Notes: a model not told the origin generated them from the sequence alone. A stretch of 64,000 nt of DNA from Nitrosarchaeum sp. (GCA_965223865.1 OZ245020.1:1440001-1504000); one strand, 5' to 3'; counted from the first letter of the stretch, positions 9,745 to 19,315 are shown. Numbers and translations are program-made.

Positions 9745-10209
9745 TTGGCAAGATCAAGGTATTGGAAAATAACACCAGATGAGATGGATAAGTTTTCCTA
9801 CAAAGAGGATAAATTACTCAACTGGGAAATCAAGTGTGTAAGAGAACCTGAATCTGAGGCCATGTTTATCGGTGTTTTCCAGTATAGAGGAGGCACACCG
9901 TATGACTATGAATCCATTAAAGGGATTACATATTATCACAACAATATATCTAGGAAGGAATTACCCTCAATTACTAAATTTCTTCAAGATAAATTCAATG
10001 GAAAAGAAATGGAAAAAGGAGAGCGCATATTCCTTAAAGACTCAAAAGAAATCTATTCCCCAAAAGATTTGGCAAATTTAGCAAGAGATTTGGAGCAGAA
10101 ATTTAGCACAAAGGCCATCATATCGCTAGAATTTGGAGATATAAATCAAGAAGAACTAAAAGAGTCTGGCCTGCCTGAAGCAAAACTATTACCAATTCCC
10201 GGCAAATAG
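9745..10209 (+). CDS. Hypothetical protein upstream of tatC
   Basis: 154-aa ORF; TTTATA box ~29 nt upstream. Confidence 0.75.
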   Translation: MARSRYWKITPDEMDKFSYKEDKLLNWEIKCVREPESEAMFIGVFQYRGGTPYDYESIKGITYYHNNISRKELPSITKFLQDKFNGKEMEKGERIFLKDSKEIYSPKDLANLARDLEQKFSTKAIISLEFGDINQEELKESGLPEAKLLPIPGK

Positions 10210-10237
10210 ATAAGGTAGTTTACGATATAGAATTCAG

Positions 10238-11029
10238 ATGTCAGAGATTCAAGAAATCAATCATCATCTAAATGAATTAAGGAAGAGAGTTTTACGAATT
10301 GTTTTAGCAATAGGGATAATCACAGTATTTCTTTTAACATTTCATGCAGAACCTTTCCAAATTAATGGTGTTGTGTTTTATTATCCAACTCCAGAACCAT
10401 TAGACAACATTGCAGCGCAAATTACAAACCACATGAAAGATAATCTTGTTCCTGAAGACGTACAATTAATTCAAACTGCACCAGGTCAAGCATTTTTTGC
10501 TCAAGTATACATTGCAGCACTTGTAGGTATTGTTGTCAGCATGCCAGTTATCATTAAAGAATTAGTAGGATTCATCAAGCCAGCATTAAAAGAAAATGAA
10601 ATCAATGTTAGTAGAACCATTTCTTTGCCTGCGTTAGGCTTGTTCATAGCAGGATGTGTATTTTCATATAATCTGGTAATTCCATACCTCTTGGAATTTC
10701 TTTACAGATATGGAGAATCTGCAGGATTAGTAACATTTCTTAATGTCATTGATTTTGTAACATTTGTATTACAATTTTTGTTGGCCTTTGGATTATCATT
10801 TCAACTTCCACTTGTAATGTATGCAATTACTGGTGCAGGGATGACAGATACTGACTTTTGGCGAAAGAATATCAGATATGCAATTATTGCAATTGTGATC
10901 TTCGGAGCTGTAATCACACCGGATGGTAGCGGTGTTACAATGTGGTTTATTGCTGGCCCCATGATTGCATTATATGTTGCAGGCATGACAATAATTGAGC
11001 GTCAAAAGAACAAAAAATTGAACACTTAA
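10238..11029 (+). CDS. tatC: Twin-arginine translocase subunit TatC
   Basis: HLNELRKR, FIKPAL, FQLP, AVITPD motifs; multiple TM helices. Confidence 0.95.
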   Translation: MSEIQEINHHLNELRKRVLRIVLAIGIITVFLLTFHAEPFQINGVVFYYPTPEPLDNIAAQITNHMKDNLVPEDVQLIQTAPGQAFFAQVYIAALVGIVVSMPVIIKELVGFIKPALKENEINVSRTISLPALGLFIAGCVFSYNLVIPYLLEFLYRYGESAGLVTFLNVIDFVTFVLQFLLAFGLSFQLPLVMYAITGAGMTDTDFWRKNIRYAIIAIVIFGAVITPDGSGVTMWFIAGPMIALYVAGMTIIERQKNKKLNT

Positions 11030-11056
11030 ATCTAAAATAGGTCAATACAAAGTAGA

Positions 11057-11263
11057 ATGTTTGGAATGAATATTGCCAATTTTATTGCAGGTCAAGAGTG
11101 GATTTTCATAATAATTATTGCAGTGGTATTCATTTTTGGAGCAAAGAAGATTCCAGAATTAGCAAAAACTTTCGGTAAAGCTAAAGGCGAATTTGAGAAA
11201 GGAAAGATCGAAGGTGAAAAAGAACTAAAAGACTTTAAAGATAAGGAAGTAAAATCAGACTAG
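11057..11263 (+). CDS. tatA: Twin-arginine translocase subunit TatA/E
   Basis: FGAKKIPELAKTFGKAKGEF. Confidence 0.95.
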   Translation: MFGMNIANFIAGQEWIFIIIIAVVFIFGAKKIPELAKTFGKAKGEFEKGKIEGEKELKDFKDKEVKSD

Positions 11264-11688
11264 ATTTCTGCAACTTTTACAAATTCATCGACAATTTTAG
11301 AATAATTATTTTCAATCTTATTTTTTCCTAGCAGATTTGAAATTTTCATGTTTCCCTTTAGTTTAAAATCAACTTCCACTAGCATTTTTGTTCCAGTAGG
11401 AATTTGCTCGAATTTCTCTACAATATGAGTTCCTTTGGCATGTCCTCCAATTACAAAAATCTCATGTAAATGAGGTTCCTGAATTACATGCTTTGTCATC
11501 ATTACTAATTCTTTATTTCCTAGAACCATATGCTCTTCAACCACCGATACATCATTTCTTGTAGAAAGAATTCTTACTGAGGGGAAGTACTGAGGAAGTA
11601 ATTTCTGATATTTTTCATAATCTTTTACAATATCAAAAAATTTTTGTCTTGGAGAATTTACTAATTTTTCAAAACTAAATCTAGGCAA
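11260..11688 (-). CDS. SRPBCC/polyketide-cyclase family protein
   Basis: FFDIVKDYEKYQKLLP START-like motif. Confidence 0.75.
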   Translation of the reverse strand: MPRFSFEKLVNSPRQKFFDIVKDYEKYQKLLPQYFPSVRILSTRNDVSVVEEHMVLGNKELVMMTKHVIQEPHLHEIFVIGGHAKGTHIVEKFEQIPTGTKMLVEVDFKLKGNMKISNLLGKNKIENNYSKIVDEFVKVAEI

Positions 11689-11691
11689 TAA

Positions 11692-12261
11692 TTAGAAAGT
11701 GCCCCAACGTGGGTATAAATTGTGCTCCAAATCAAATTGATCAAGGCACTTTCCTACACCGTGGTTTATAATATCATCAATTGATTTGGGTTTTGTATAA
11801 AATTCTGTAACAGGCGGTAATATTACAACACCGATTCTTGATAACTTTAACATATTTTCAAGATGAATTGCAGAAAAAGGTGTTTCTCGTACCATTAAAA
11901 TTAATTTTCTATTTTCTTTTATCGTAACACCTGCAGCTCTTGCAACAAGTGTATCATCATAACCATTAGCGATTGCAGAAAGTGTTTTCATACTGCATGG
12001 TGCAACAATCATCCCATCAACTTTGTGAGTACCACTTGACACACTTGATGCCATATTTCTTTCATCAGAAATGCTTGTTGCAAGTGACTTTACATAATCA
12101 ATTGTATGATCAGTTTCCATATCAACACATTTTGATCCCCAGTTAGACATTACAAGATGGGTTTCAACATTTAATTTTTTTAAAACCTCAAGCAGTCTAA
12201 TCCCATAAATAACACCAGTACTGCCTGTAATTCCAACAATCAGTCTCACAAATAAACTCAA
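11692..12261 (-). CDS. ubiX: Flavin prenyltransferase UbiX
   Basis: GITGSTG, SSGT, APCSMKTL, RETP motifs. Confidence 0.95.
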   Translation of the reverse strand: MSLFVRLIVGITGSTGVIYGIRLLEVLKKLNVETHLVMSNWGSKCVDMETDHTIDYVKSLATSISDERNMASSVSSGTHKVDGMIVAPCSMKTLSAIANGYDDTLVARAAGVTIKENRKLILMVRETPFSAIHLENMLKLSRIGVVILPPVTEFYTKPKSIDDIINHGVGKCLDQFDLEHNLYPRWGTF

Positions 12262-12313
12262 GAGTCAATGGTATTTTATCTATTTGACAGAGGTTCTAAT
12301 TTGGCACTAGTGT

Positions 12314-12457
12314 TTACAGATTGGTAGGCTCATCTTTTTGTGCCTTATCAAATTCTTGGCGGTCTTTTCGTCTTTTGAGCCATAATGAAAAACCTCCAAT
12401 TGCCATAGCAGTTAACAAGATAACACCTGCCATTTGCAATTCAAAATAGTACAGCAT
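12314..12457 (-). CDS. 47-aa single-TM microprotein
   Basis: Hand translation MLYYFELQMAGVILLTAMAIGGFSLWLKRRKDRQEFDKAQKDEPTNL (TM followed by basic residues). Confidence 0.65.
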   Translation of the reverse strand: MLYYFELQMAGVILLTAMAIGGFSLWLKRRKDRQEFDKAQKDEPTNL

Positions 12458-12553
12458 AGAAACTACATGATTTCTTTTAAAAAAAATCTTTGGGTAAATG
12501 CCGATCCAATTTTTAAAAATTAGCTATATTAGATCCTAGTTTCTAGCCAGTAT

Positions 12554-13645
12554 GTGATAAAGAGTTCTGAGATCAAAAAAATTGTTAATGATTATTCAGA
12601 TGTGAGAATAGGAGTACTTGGAAGTCATTCAGCACTTGAGGTTATGGATGGTGCAAAAGAAGAGAATTTTCAGACTACTGTTTATTGTCAAAAGGGAAGA
12701 GAAGGACCATATCAAAGATTTGGAAGGATAGCTGATGAGATTGTTGTATTAAATAAATTCAAAGAAATGACATCTCCAAAAATTCAAAAGAAACTTAGAG
12801 ATTCTAATACAATTGTAGTTCCACATAGATCGCTTACAGTTTATCTAGGATACAAAGCACTTGAAAATTCATTTAAAGTACCAATTTTTGGAAATAGAAA
12901 ATTATTTCAAGCCGAAGAAAGAACAGCAAAACGTAATCAATATTATCTCCTTGAAAAGGCTCGAATAAAATTTCCAAAATTATTCAAAGACCCAAAAAAT
13001 ATCAATAAACCGTGCATTGTAAAAGTTCAAGAAAAAAACAGACCGCTTGAGAGAGCATTTTTTACAGTATCCTCATTTAAAGATTATAAAGAAAAATCAG
13101 AGTCCAAAATTAAACAAGGTCTCATTTCAAGAAAAGACCTAGAAAAAGCAAGTATAGAAGAATTAGCAATTGGAACATACATGAATTTTAATTTCTTTCA
13201 CACACCAATTTCAGATCATGTTGATTTTATTGGAATAGAAAGACGACTTCAAACAAATGTTCATGATTATAATGCCCTTCCAGCCAGGCAACAGATGGAT
13301 ATTGATATTGATTTACAAAATATAGAGGTAGGACATACTCCTGCAAGTATTAGAGAGTCTTTGTTAGAAAGGGTCTTCAAGATGGGAGACAAATTTGTTG
13401 CCGCAGTAAAAAAAGAATATGCACCGGGAATTATAGGACCTTTTTCACTTCAAAGTGTAATAACAAAAGATTTGGAGTTGGTGGTATATGATGTATCCTT
13501 GAGAGTTCCTGGAAACCCAATAGTTGCCACTACTAGTCCATATACAAAATACCAATACGGAACAACATTTGGAGTGGGTAGAAGAATTGCAATGGAAATC
13601 AAACGTGCAGAAGATGAAGAACGTTTAGATGAGATTGTTACCTAA
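12554..13645 (+). CDS. purP: AICAR formate ligase (PurP family, ATP-grasp)
   Basis: GSHSALE, GHTPASIRESLL, GIIGPFSLQ, GRRIAMEIK. Confidence 0.88.
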   Translation: MIKSSEIKKIVNDYSDVRIGVLGSHSALEVMDGAKEENFQTTVYCQKGREGPYQRFGRIADEIVVLNKFKEMTSPKIQKKLRDSNTIVVPHRSLTVYLGYKALENSFKVPIFGNRKLFQAEERTAKRNQYYLLEKARIKFPKLFKDPKNINKPCIVKVQEKNRPLERAFFTVSSFKDYKEKSESKIKQGLISRKDLEKASIEELAIGTYMNFNFFHTPISDHVDFIGIERRLQTNVHDYNALPARQQMDIDIDLQNIEVGHTPASIRESLLERVFKMGDKFVAAVKKEYAPGIIGPFSLQSVITKDLELVVYDVSLRVPGNPIVATTSPYTKYQYGTTFGVGRRIAMEIKRAEDEERLDEIVT

Positions 13646-13681
13646 CCAAAAAAACATTTTTATCAAATCTTGATTTAGAAT

Positions 13682-13805
13682 TTTGTTAATTGGCTAGATT
13701 AGGAAATATAAAGAATACCTAACGTTTTGTTTCAAATAATTAAACGGTTTGATGTTTGAAATGGAATTGCTGTATGCCAATTAACAAATATGCAAACTCT
13801 TTTTT
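13682..13805 (+). ncRNA. Candidate three-way-junction small RNA
   Basis: Perfect 13-bp inverted repeat 13682-13694/13776-13788 enclosing two hairpins; TTTTATC ~27 nt upstream; T-tract at ~13800. Confidence 0.6.
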
Positions 13806-13827
13806 GGATTAATTTTTTATCTCTTTC

Positions 13828-14088
13828 ATGTCAAGAACAGTATTCATTCGTGAAATTATTTTAGCGCCTAAAGAACCAAAACTATGTCCCAATTGTGAAA
13901 AGTATGATAGATTAGAAAAAGATATTGTTTTTGAAAGAAGATCAGATGGAAAAACCATTATTTGCACAAGATGTGAGGCTTTGATGGTCATAACAAACCA
14001 GAATCTAAAAAAAGTAGAGTTAGAAGGGTCAAGAGATTATTCAATTATGCTAAAAGAACCACATCTGATTCGAAAAATAACGTATTAG
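13828..14088 (+). CDS. Small zinc-ribbon protein
   Basis: CPNC...CTRC. Confidence 0.75.
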   Translation: MSRTVFIREIILAPKEPKLCPNCEKYDRLEKDIVFERRSDGKTIICTRCEALMVITNQNLKKVELEGSRDYSIMLKEPHLIRKITY

Positions 14089-14322
14089 TTTAATCCTTCA
14101 ATAGGATAATTCTAATTAGGGTAATTTCGGTCTTCAGATTTGTACTAGTTCTTCTTACATGTTTGTTGTTTAGCAAAATGAGATTTCTGAATAATTTGAT
14201 ATGCCGTATTTTGGTACATATGATTTAATTTTACTATAAAATGCCAAGATCACAGGATAAAAGTTAGGTTAGAAAAATTATTGAATTTGGAAACTCAATA
14301 TATCACAAGATGTAATCATAAT

Positions 14323-14383
14323 TGCTGATGATTAATCAAAAAGCTATGTCTGAGGGTTGATGAGTTTGCCGAATTATGAAGCA
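14323..14383 (+). ncRNA. Candidate C/D-box methylation-guide sRNA
   Basis: CUGAUGA-18 nt-CUGA-GGGU-UGAUGA-12 nt-AUGA, terminal stem UGCU/AGCA, AATATAT box ~25 nt upstream. Confidence 0.55.
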
Positions 14384-14435
14384 TTATAAAATTAATATTG
14401 AAAAAATCTACATATTAGAAAAATCTAATTTTAAT

Positions 14436-14999
14436 ATGAAGTGTGTTGAAGACAAGATTCTAAATGCAAAAAAATTTGCACGTGAAAAGCACAAAAATCA
14501 AACAAAAAGAGATGGAAGTACTTCATTAATTGATCATTTGGAAGGAGTAGTATTCAGACTAAAGAATTTAGGAATAATAGATACGGATGTAATTTCAGCT
14601 GCATGGCTTCATGACATACTTGAAAAAACAGATGTGACTTTGGATGAAATTATTCAAAGATTTGGAAGAGAAACATCCACAATGGTACTTTCACTTTCAA
14701 AGAACCATAATCTGTCAAGAAAAGAAAGAGAAAATCAATACATCAAACAATTACGAGGTGCAACAATAGAGGCAAAAATTATCAAATTATGCGACATATC
14801 ATCTAATATCAAAGATTTACCAAATGCACCTTTATCAAAAACACAAAAAAATAAAAAAATTCGAAGAGTTTTGTACTACCTAAGAGTAATTAAAAATGAT
14901 ATATCTGAAGAAAAAGAAAATTATCCTAGAATTCAAGAAATTGTAGATGGTATAAATTCAGTAGCAATAAAATTCAAACAACAACCAATTTCAATTTAA
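14436..14999 (+). CDS. HD-domain hydrolase, RelA/SpoT-hydrolase (Mesh1)-like
   Basis: FAREKHKNQ...DHL...AAWLHDILE...IKLCD..SN; ATG 14436 preferred over 14376. Confidence 0.8.
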   Translation: MKCVEDKILNAKKFAREKHKNQTKRDGSTSLIDHLEGVVFRLKNLGIIDTDVISAAWLHDILEKTDVTLDEIIQRFGRETSTMVLSLSKNHNLSRKERENQYIKQLRGATIEAKIIKLCDISSNIKDLPNAPLSKTQKNKKIRRVLYYLRVIKNDISEEKENYPRIQEIVDGINSVAIKFKQQPISI

Positions 15000-15120
15000 T
15001 ATAATAATTAAATTCTTTTCTTAGAATTTCAGTATAAGGTATGTATGTTATATAATAAATTACAGAGAGCAATTTTTTTAAATATAAAAATAATACAATC
15101 TTGAAATAATCAATATTATC

Positions 15121-15330
15121 ATGAGCAAACTTCCAGAAAGATTTCCAGAATATTCTATAATGTATAAAATTTTAACAAAAAAAATTAAGGATTTAGAATT
15201 AAAAATAAAATCTGGTTCTTCAGAAGAAAGTATAGACATGCAAAGAAAAATTAAAAATTTTAAACAAGAAAGACAAAAAATTAAAGAAATGTTTCCTGAA
15301 AATTTTTTTGAAAATTTAGAATCTAAATAA
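15121..15330 (+). CDS. Small helical hypothetical protein
   Basis: 69-aa ORF, similar to 20912..21136. Confidence 0.65.
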   Translation: MSKLPERFPEYSIMYKILTKKIKDLELKIKSGSSEESIDMQRKIKNFKQERQKIKEMFPENFFENLESK

Positions 15331-15341
15331 GAAATTAATTA

Positions 15342-15560
15342 TTAGTTATGTTGATGGTCATGACCACAATCGCATTGATGCTGGTGATCACCAAATGACA
15401 TTAATTTTTCTACCATTTCATCACGAATTTTAAGTAAATCCCCAACTTGTTGTTTTAGTGTTCCTGAATCCCAATTTCCCTCATGTAAAGCCCTTACAGC
15501 GTCAATGATTTCAAGATCTACATTGAGTAGATTATCCATGAGTTGTTCTTGTTCATTCAT
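15342..15560 (-). CDS. Small protein with His/Cys-rich tail
   Basis: C-terminus HQHQCDCGHDHQHN. Confidence 0.75.
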   Translation of the reverse strand: MNEQEQLMDNLLNVDLEIIDAVRALHEGNWDSGTLKQQVGDLLKIRDEMVEKLMSFGDHQHQCDCGHDHQHN

Positions 15561-15608
15561 AATAATTTACAAATAAACTGTGAAAAAAACCATTCTAATC
15601 AGAGTAAA

Positions 15609-16058
15609 TCATGCTTCCATACTTTCTTTTAAGAGATTTTTCCTAACAAGAATTGGGATTTTGTAAAAGGCACCTAGTGCCATAGCATCTGATGCGCGAT
15701 AATTGCGTAAAACCATGTCTTTTTTTCCAGTAAAATACAAATTAGCCCTTAAGACTTCACCACTTTCGTAAATTTTGACTTTAACTAAGACCAATTCGTT
15801 TTCTTCACAGATCTCTTCTATCATTTTGTAAATAGAAGGAACTGAATCATTTGCTTTCTCACTAAAACTGGAAATATGACGCGCAACCTCCCCAGAGAAT
15901 GCTCTCATGTGAAACTCTTTTCCATCAGCAGATTTGAGAACAACCATACCTTCAACCGCATAAGGATCAACAAACCCCACATAATCGATTTTTACCGATT
16001 CATAATCAGGCTCTTGTGCTTGATCAATTTCCATTGTTTCTACGCATAAACTAACCAT
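15609..16058 (-). CDS. Bifunctional nuclease family (DUF151) protein
   Basis: YRASDAMAL...IPILV motif. Confidence 0.8.
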   Translation of the reverse strand: MVSLCVETMEIDQAQEPDYESVKIDYVGFVDPYAVEGMVVLKSADGKEFHMRAFSGEVARHISSFSEKANDSVPSIYKMIEEICEENELVLVKVKIYESGEVLRANLYFTGKKDMVLRNYRASDAMALGAFYKIPILVRKNLLKESMEA

Positions 16059-16174
16059 TTAGTGCTTATAAAGATACTAAAATAATGCGATTCAGAGTAT
16101 GTTAATTTCTTTATAATTATCTAGATTAATGCTTAACCCCAAATTATTTAAAATCAACAATAAAGGATAGCTTA

Positions 16175-17989
16175 ATGTCAACAAATCCAGAACGATCAGT
16201 ATCATATGTTCTGACAAAATATGTCACAGCTTACATGAACAAAGATGTTCTTTTACTTCATGAGAACACGCTAACAAGAGAAGCTGCTAGAATGCTTAGA
16301 CATTATGAAATAGATGACATCATTGTAACTGATAGTAATAATTTACCTGTTGGAATTGTTACAGATGAAGATATTCTGAGCCAAGTTAGCGATGCTACAG
16401 TTTACGCTGAAGCTACAGCTTTGAAGGACATTATGAACACACCTCTAATTACAATTAATGAAAAAGCCACGCTGCAAGAAGCACTTCACAAAATGAGAGA
16501 TCATAACATTAGAAAACTTCCAGTCATTTCTAAAAAAAATGAGGTATTAGGAATAATTTTTCAAACAACAATTGCAGATGTCATCAGAGATGCAACTGCC
16601 ACACCGTCAAGACTACTTAGTCCTCCAGTAAAAGCTGTTCTTGGGAACTTGGGGTTTGTTTTACAGTTTGCAGGAGTTTTACTACTTGTACCAGCAATTT
16701 TATCCACAGTATTAGGAGAGACAGTCACAGCTACCGGAATTTATCTTACAACAGTTCTTTTGCTTGTAACTGGATTTTTTCTAAATTCTTATGGAGAAAA
16801 GGCAAATCTAAATCTTCAGCAAGCATCGATTCTTGTATTTTCAAGTTTGTTCCTACTATCATTATTTGGGACGGTTCCATATCTATACGTGACTACGGAA
16901 GATTCAACAAATATCGAAGTATTTGCAAATGCATTCTTTTCTAGTGCTGCAGGATTTACAACTGGTGGAATTTCAATATTTGATGAACCAGAAAATCTAC
17001 CTCAGAGTTTCACTTTCTATCGTAGTTTCACTCAGCTTGTAGGAGGAATGAGTTTCATCTACTTGGTAATTACCGCGTTTTATCCAGAATCGAAGCTTCA
17101 ATCCATGCGCGGTTTTATTTCAGGAAGAACGCTGCATATGAGAGAGCTCTTTGGAACTATTACGATAATTTTTACTCTTTATGTTGTGATTGTTGCGTTG
17201 TTATTGTATTTCTTTGGTGAAACGAATTTGATTGATAATTTTTCTTTAGCTATGAGCACACTTGCCACTGGCGGATTCCTACCAAATTCAATAATTCTTG
17301 ATAATTTGGTATGGCAAGAGCATATTATTTTGATGGCAGCAATGATACTAGGAGCATTACCTTTTACATTTCACTATGCATTTGTAAGAAAGAAATTCCT
17401 TGCCCCCAAATTAGGAAAAGAGGTACTAACATATTTTGCAATACTTGGTAGTGCCACCCTATTGTTTATGTGGATAAGTGGATTAGATCCTTTGTTAAGT
17501 TCATTTTATTCAGTATCAGCTAGCACCACAGCAGGATTACAGCTAGAGAGTCTTGAAGGATTAAATTCAGCAGCACATTCAATACTGATCATTTTGATGT
17601 TTATAGGAGGATGTGGGTTCTCAACTGCTGGAGGTTTTAAAATCTTTAGATTATTACAGTTAAAAGATCTTAGAAAGTTTTTGAACAAGGTAAAACGTGC
17701 CGAATTGCAACCACACGCCAGAAAGGAGTTAACATCTACTTTGATAATAATTGCATTATTTCCAATAATTGCGTCTGTTACTGCAGTTCATTTAGCTGCA
17801 ATAGAAAATACATCATATGAGAATGCATTTTTTGAATCAGTAGGAGTAATTACAACTGGAGGACTATCAGCAGATGTAATTGATTTTGAGACGGATCCTG
17901 CAACAAAAATCGTACTAAGTTTTCTTATGATCTTTGGAAGACTGGAGATCATAGCAATCATATACATTTTCATTCCTAAATTGAGTTAG
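16175..17989 (+). CDS. TrkH/Ktr-family K+ transporter fused to an N-terminal CBS pair
   Basis: CBS motif GIVTDEDI; pore motifs FTTGG, ATGGF, TTAGL, TTGGL; LMFIGG..STAGGFK; LMIFGRLE. Confidence 0.9.
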   Translation: MSTNPERSVSYVLTKYVTAYMNKDVLLLHENTLTREAARMLRHYEIDDIIVTDSNNLPVGIVTDEDILSQVSDATVYAEATALKDIMNTPLITINEKATLQEALHKMRDHNIRKLPVISKKNEVLGIIFQTTIADVIRDATATPSRLLSPPVKAVLGNLGFVLQFAGVLLLVPAILSTVLGETVTATGIYLTTVLLLVTGFFLNSYGEKANLNLQQASILVFSSLFLLSLFGTVPYLYVTTEDSTNIEVFANAFFSSAAGFTTGGISIFDEPENLPQSFTFYRSFTQLVGGMSFIYLVITAFYPESKLQSMRGFISGRTLHMRELFGTITIIFTLYVVIVALLLYFFGETNLIDNFSLAMSTLATGGFLPNSIILDNLVWQEHIILMAAMILGALPFTFHYAFVRKKFLAPKLGKEVLTYFAILGSATLLFMWISGLDPLLSSFYSVSASTTAGLQLESLEGLNSAAHSILIILMFIGGCGFSTAGGFKIFRLLQLKDLRKFLNKVKRAELQPHARKELTSTLIIIALFPIIASVTAVHLAAIENTSYENAFFESVGVITTGGLSADVIDFETDPATKIVLSFLMIFGRLEIIAIIYIFIPKLS

Positions 17990-18042
17990 AATGGTTTTGA
18001 AGGTAAAAATATAATTTAATTTAATTAGTTTTTAGAAAAAAC

Positions 18043-18870
18043 ATGGAGAAACAGACGACCAAAAGTGGTCAGAATGGTAAAAAATTAATCATTTTAGGAT
18101 TTGTAACCATTGCCATACTCTTTGTAATGTATTCCCGCTATCAAGATCCAGAACTCCTTACTCCTGGTGCGATTGACTCTATCCAAAGATTAGCAAATGG
18201 ATTTTACATTATCATGCTAGCATCTTTAGGATCTATAACCTATGGAATCTATCTTTTTCACAAATACAAAGTTGAGAAAAATGGTAAAGACTTACTAACG
18301 ATTATTGCATTAACCACATGGAACTCAAAATCAAGAAAGATTTTTGTTATAACTTTTGTAGGATATGGGATTTTTTTCTCATTAGCATCTGGAACTCTAG
18401 TTTATCAGCCCGAGGTGAATTTCATCGAACATTATGGGGCAACAATACCATCAGGATTTATTGCTCCCTGTTGTGATGAGCCAGGATACATGCCAAAAAT
18501 AATCGTATATCTAACAGAACATGTAGGATTACAAATAATTCCAATTAATTTGATTCTACAAGTTATTGTATCGTATTTGGTGGGCCTTAATACTTCAATT
18601 GCAATCAGTGCATATACAATTTCAAAAAAGGGAAGAGGGATGAGTACATTAGGTGCTGCCACAGGACTCTTCATAGCATGCCCCACATGTGCCGGAACAT
18701 TTCTATCAATTTTCATAGGTACTGCCAGTGGAATCGCCTTATCAATTGCACTTACTCAACTACAGACATTTTTCATTGCAATATCAATTCCAGTATTGAT
18801 AGCAACACCGTTTATCATGGGGGGAAAATTAAGAAATGCAGATGGAAGCTGTAAAATTAAACCTAATTAG
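18043..18870 (+). CDS. Multi-pass membrane protein with PCC and CPTC motifs
   Basis: About 6 hydrophobic segments; ACPTCAG. Confidence 0.8.
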   Translation: MEKQTTKSGQNGKKLIILGFVTIAILFVMYSRYQDPELLTPGAIDSIQRLANGFYIIMLASLGSITYGIYLFHKYKVEKNGKDLLTIIALTTWNSKSRKIFVITFVGYGIFFSLASGTLVYQPEVNFIEHYGATIPSGFIAPCCDEPGYMPKIIVYLTEHVGLQIIPINLILQVIVSYLVGLNTSIAISAYTISKKGRGMSTLGAATGLFIACPTCAGTFLSIFIGTASGIALSIALTQLQTFFIAISIPVLIATPFIMGGKLRNADGSCKIKPN

Positions 18871-18909
18871 AAGCAGCAATTATGTTTTCAAAGTCCATAA
18901 AAAATAATT

Positions 18910-18998
18910 GCCAGGGAAGAGTGGTATTGAATGATTTACAACAAGATAGAGTATTTGGTCGCATGAAAATGAAGCTATCCTCTTGTAACTCCCCTGGC
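18910..18998 (-). ncRNA. Candidate stem-closed small RNA, paralog of 3330-3397
   Basis: GCCAGGG/CCCUGGC closing stem, inner UUACAA..GAUAG/CUAUC..UUGUAA; TAAATA 31 nt upstream; T6 downstream. Confidence 0.6.
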
Positions 18999-19073
18999 TG
19001 ATCAATGTTAGACACGTTTTTAGTATTTAGAGATTCTTATTTTAATTCTCAAAATCTGTATTTTAAAAACGCT

Positions 19074-19315
19074 GCAGGTTATGAACGAATTATTCGTGTT
19101 GGTTATATGTAAAAATACAATAACAGAATCATGCAATAATGCATTTGTTTATCGTTTAACTGACCATATTTTCTACGATAATGCTTCATCTGTTTCCACA
19201 AGAGTCATTTTTGGCACCATTGCATTTTTTGATTTAAAGTTGGACAAGGGTAAGGCAGATACATTAACCATCAGATGAATATTCAGAAACAACACTAGTA
19301 GATTTTGCATTATGA
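19074..19315 (+). ncRNA. Candidate two-domain structured RNA (overlaps doubtful ORF 19081..19278)
   Basis: Several short stems, long-range UUCAUCUG/CAGAUGAA and AUAAUGC/GCAUUAU, linker motif shared with 42509-42573. Confidence 0.35.
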
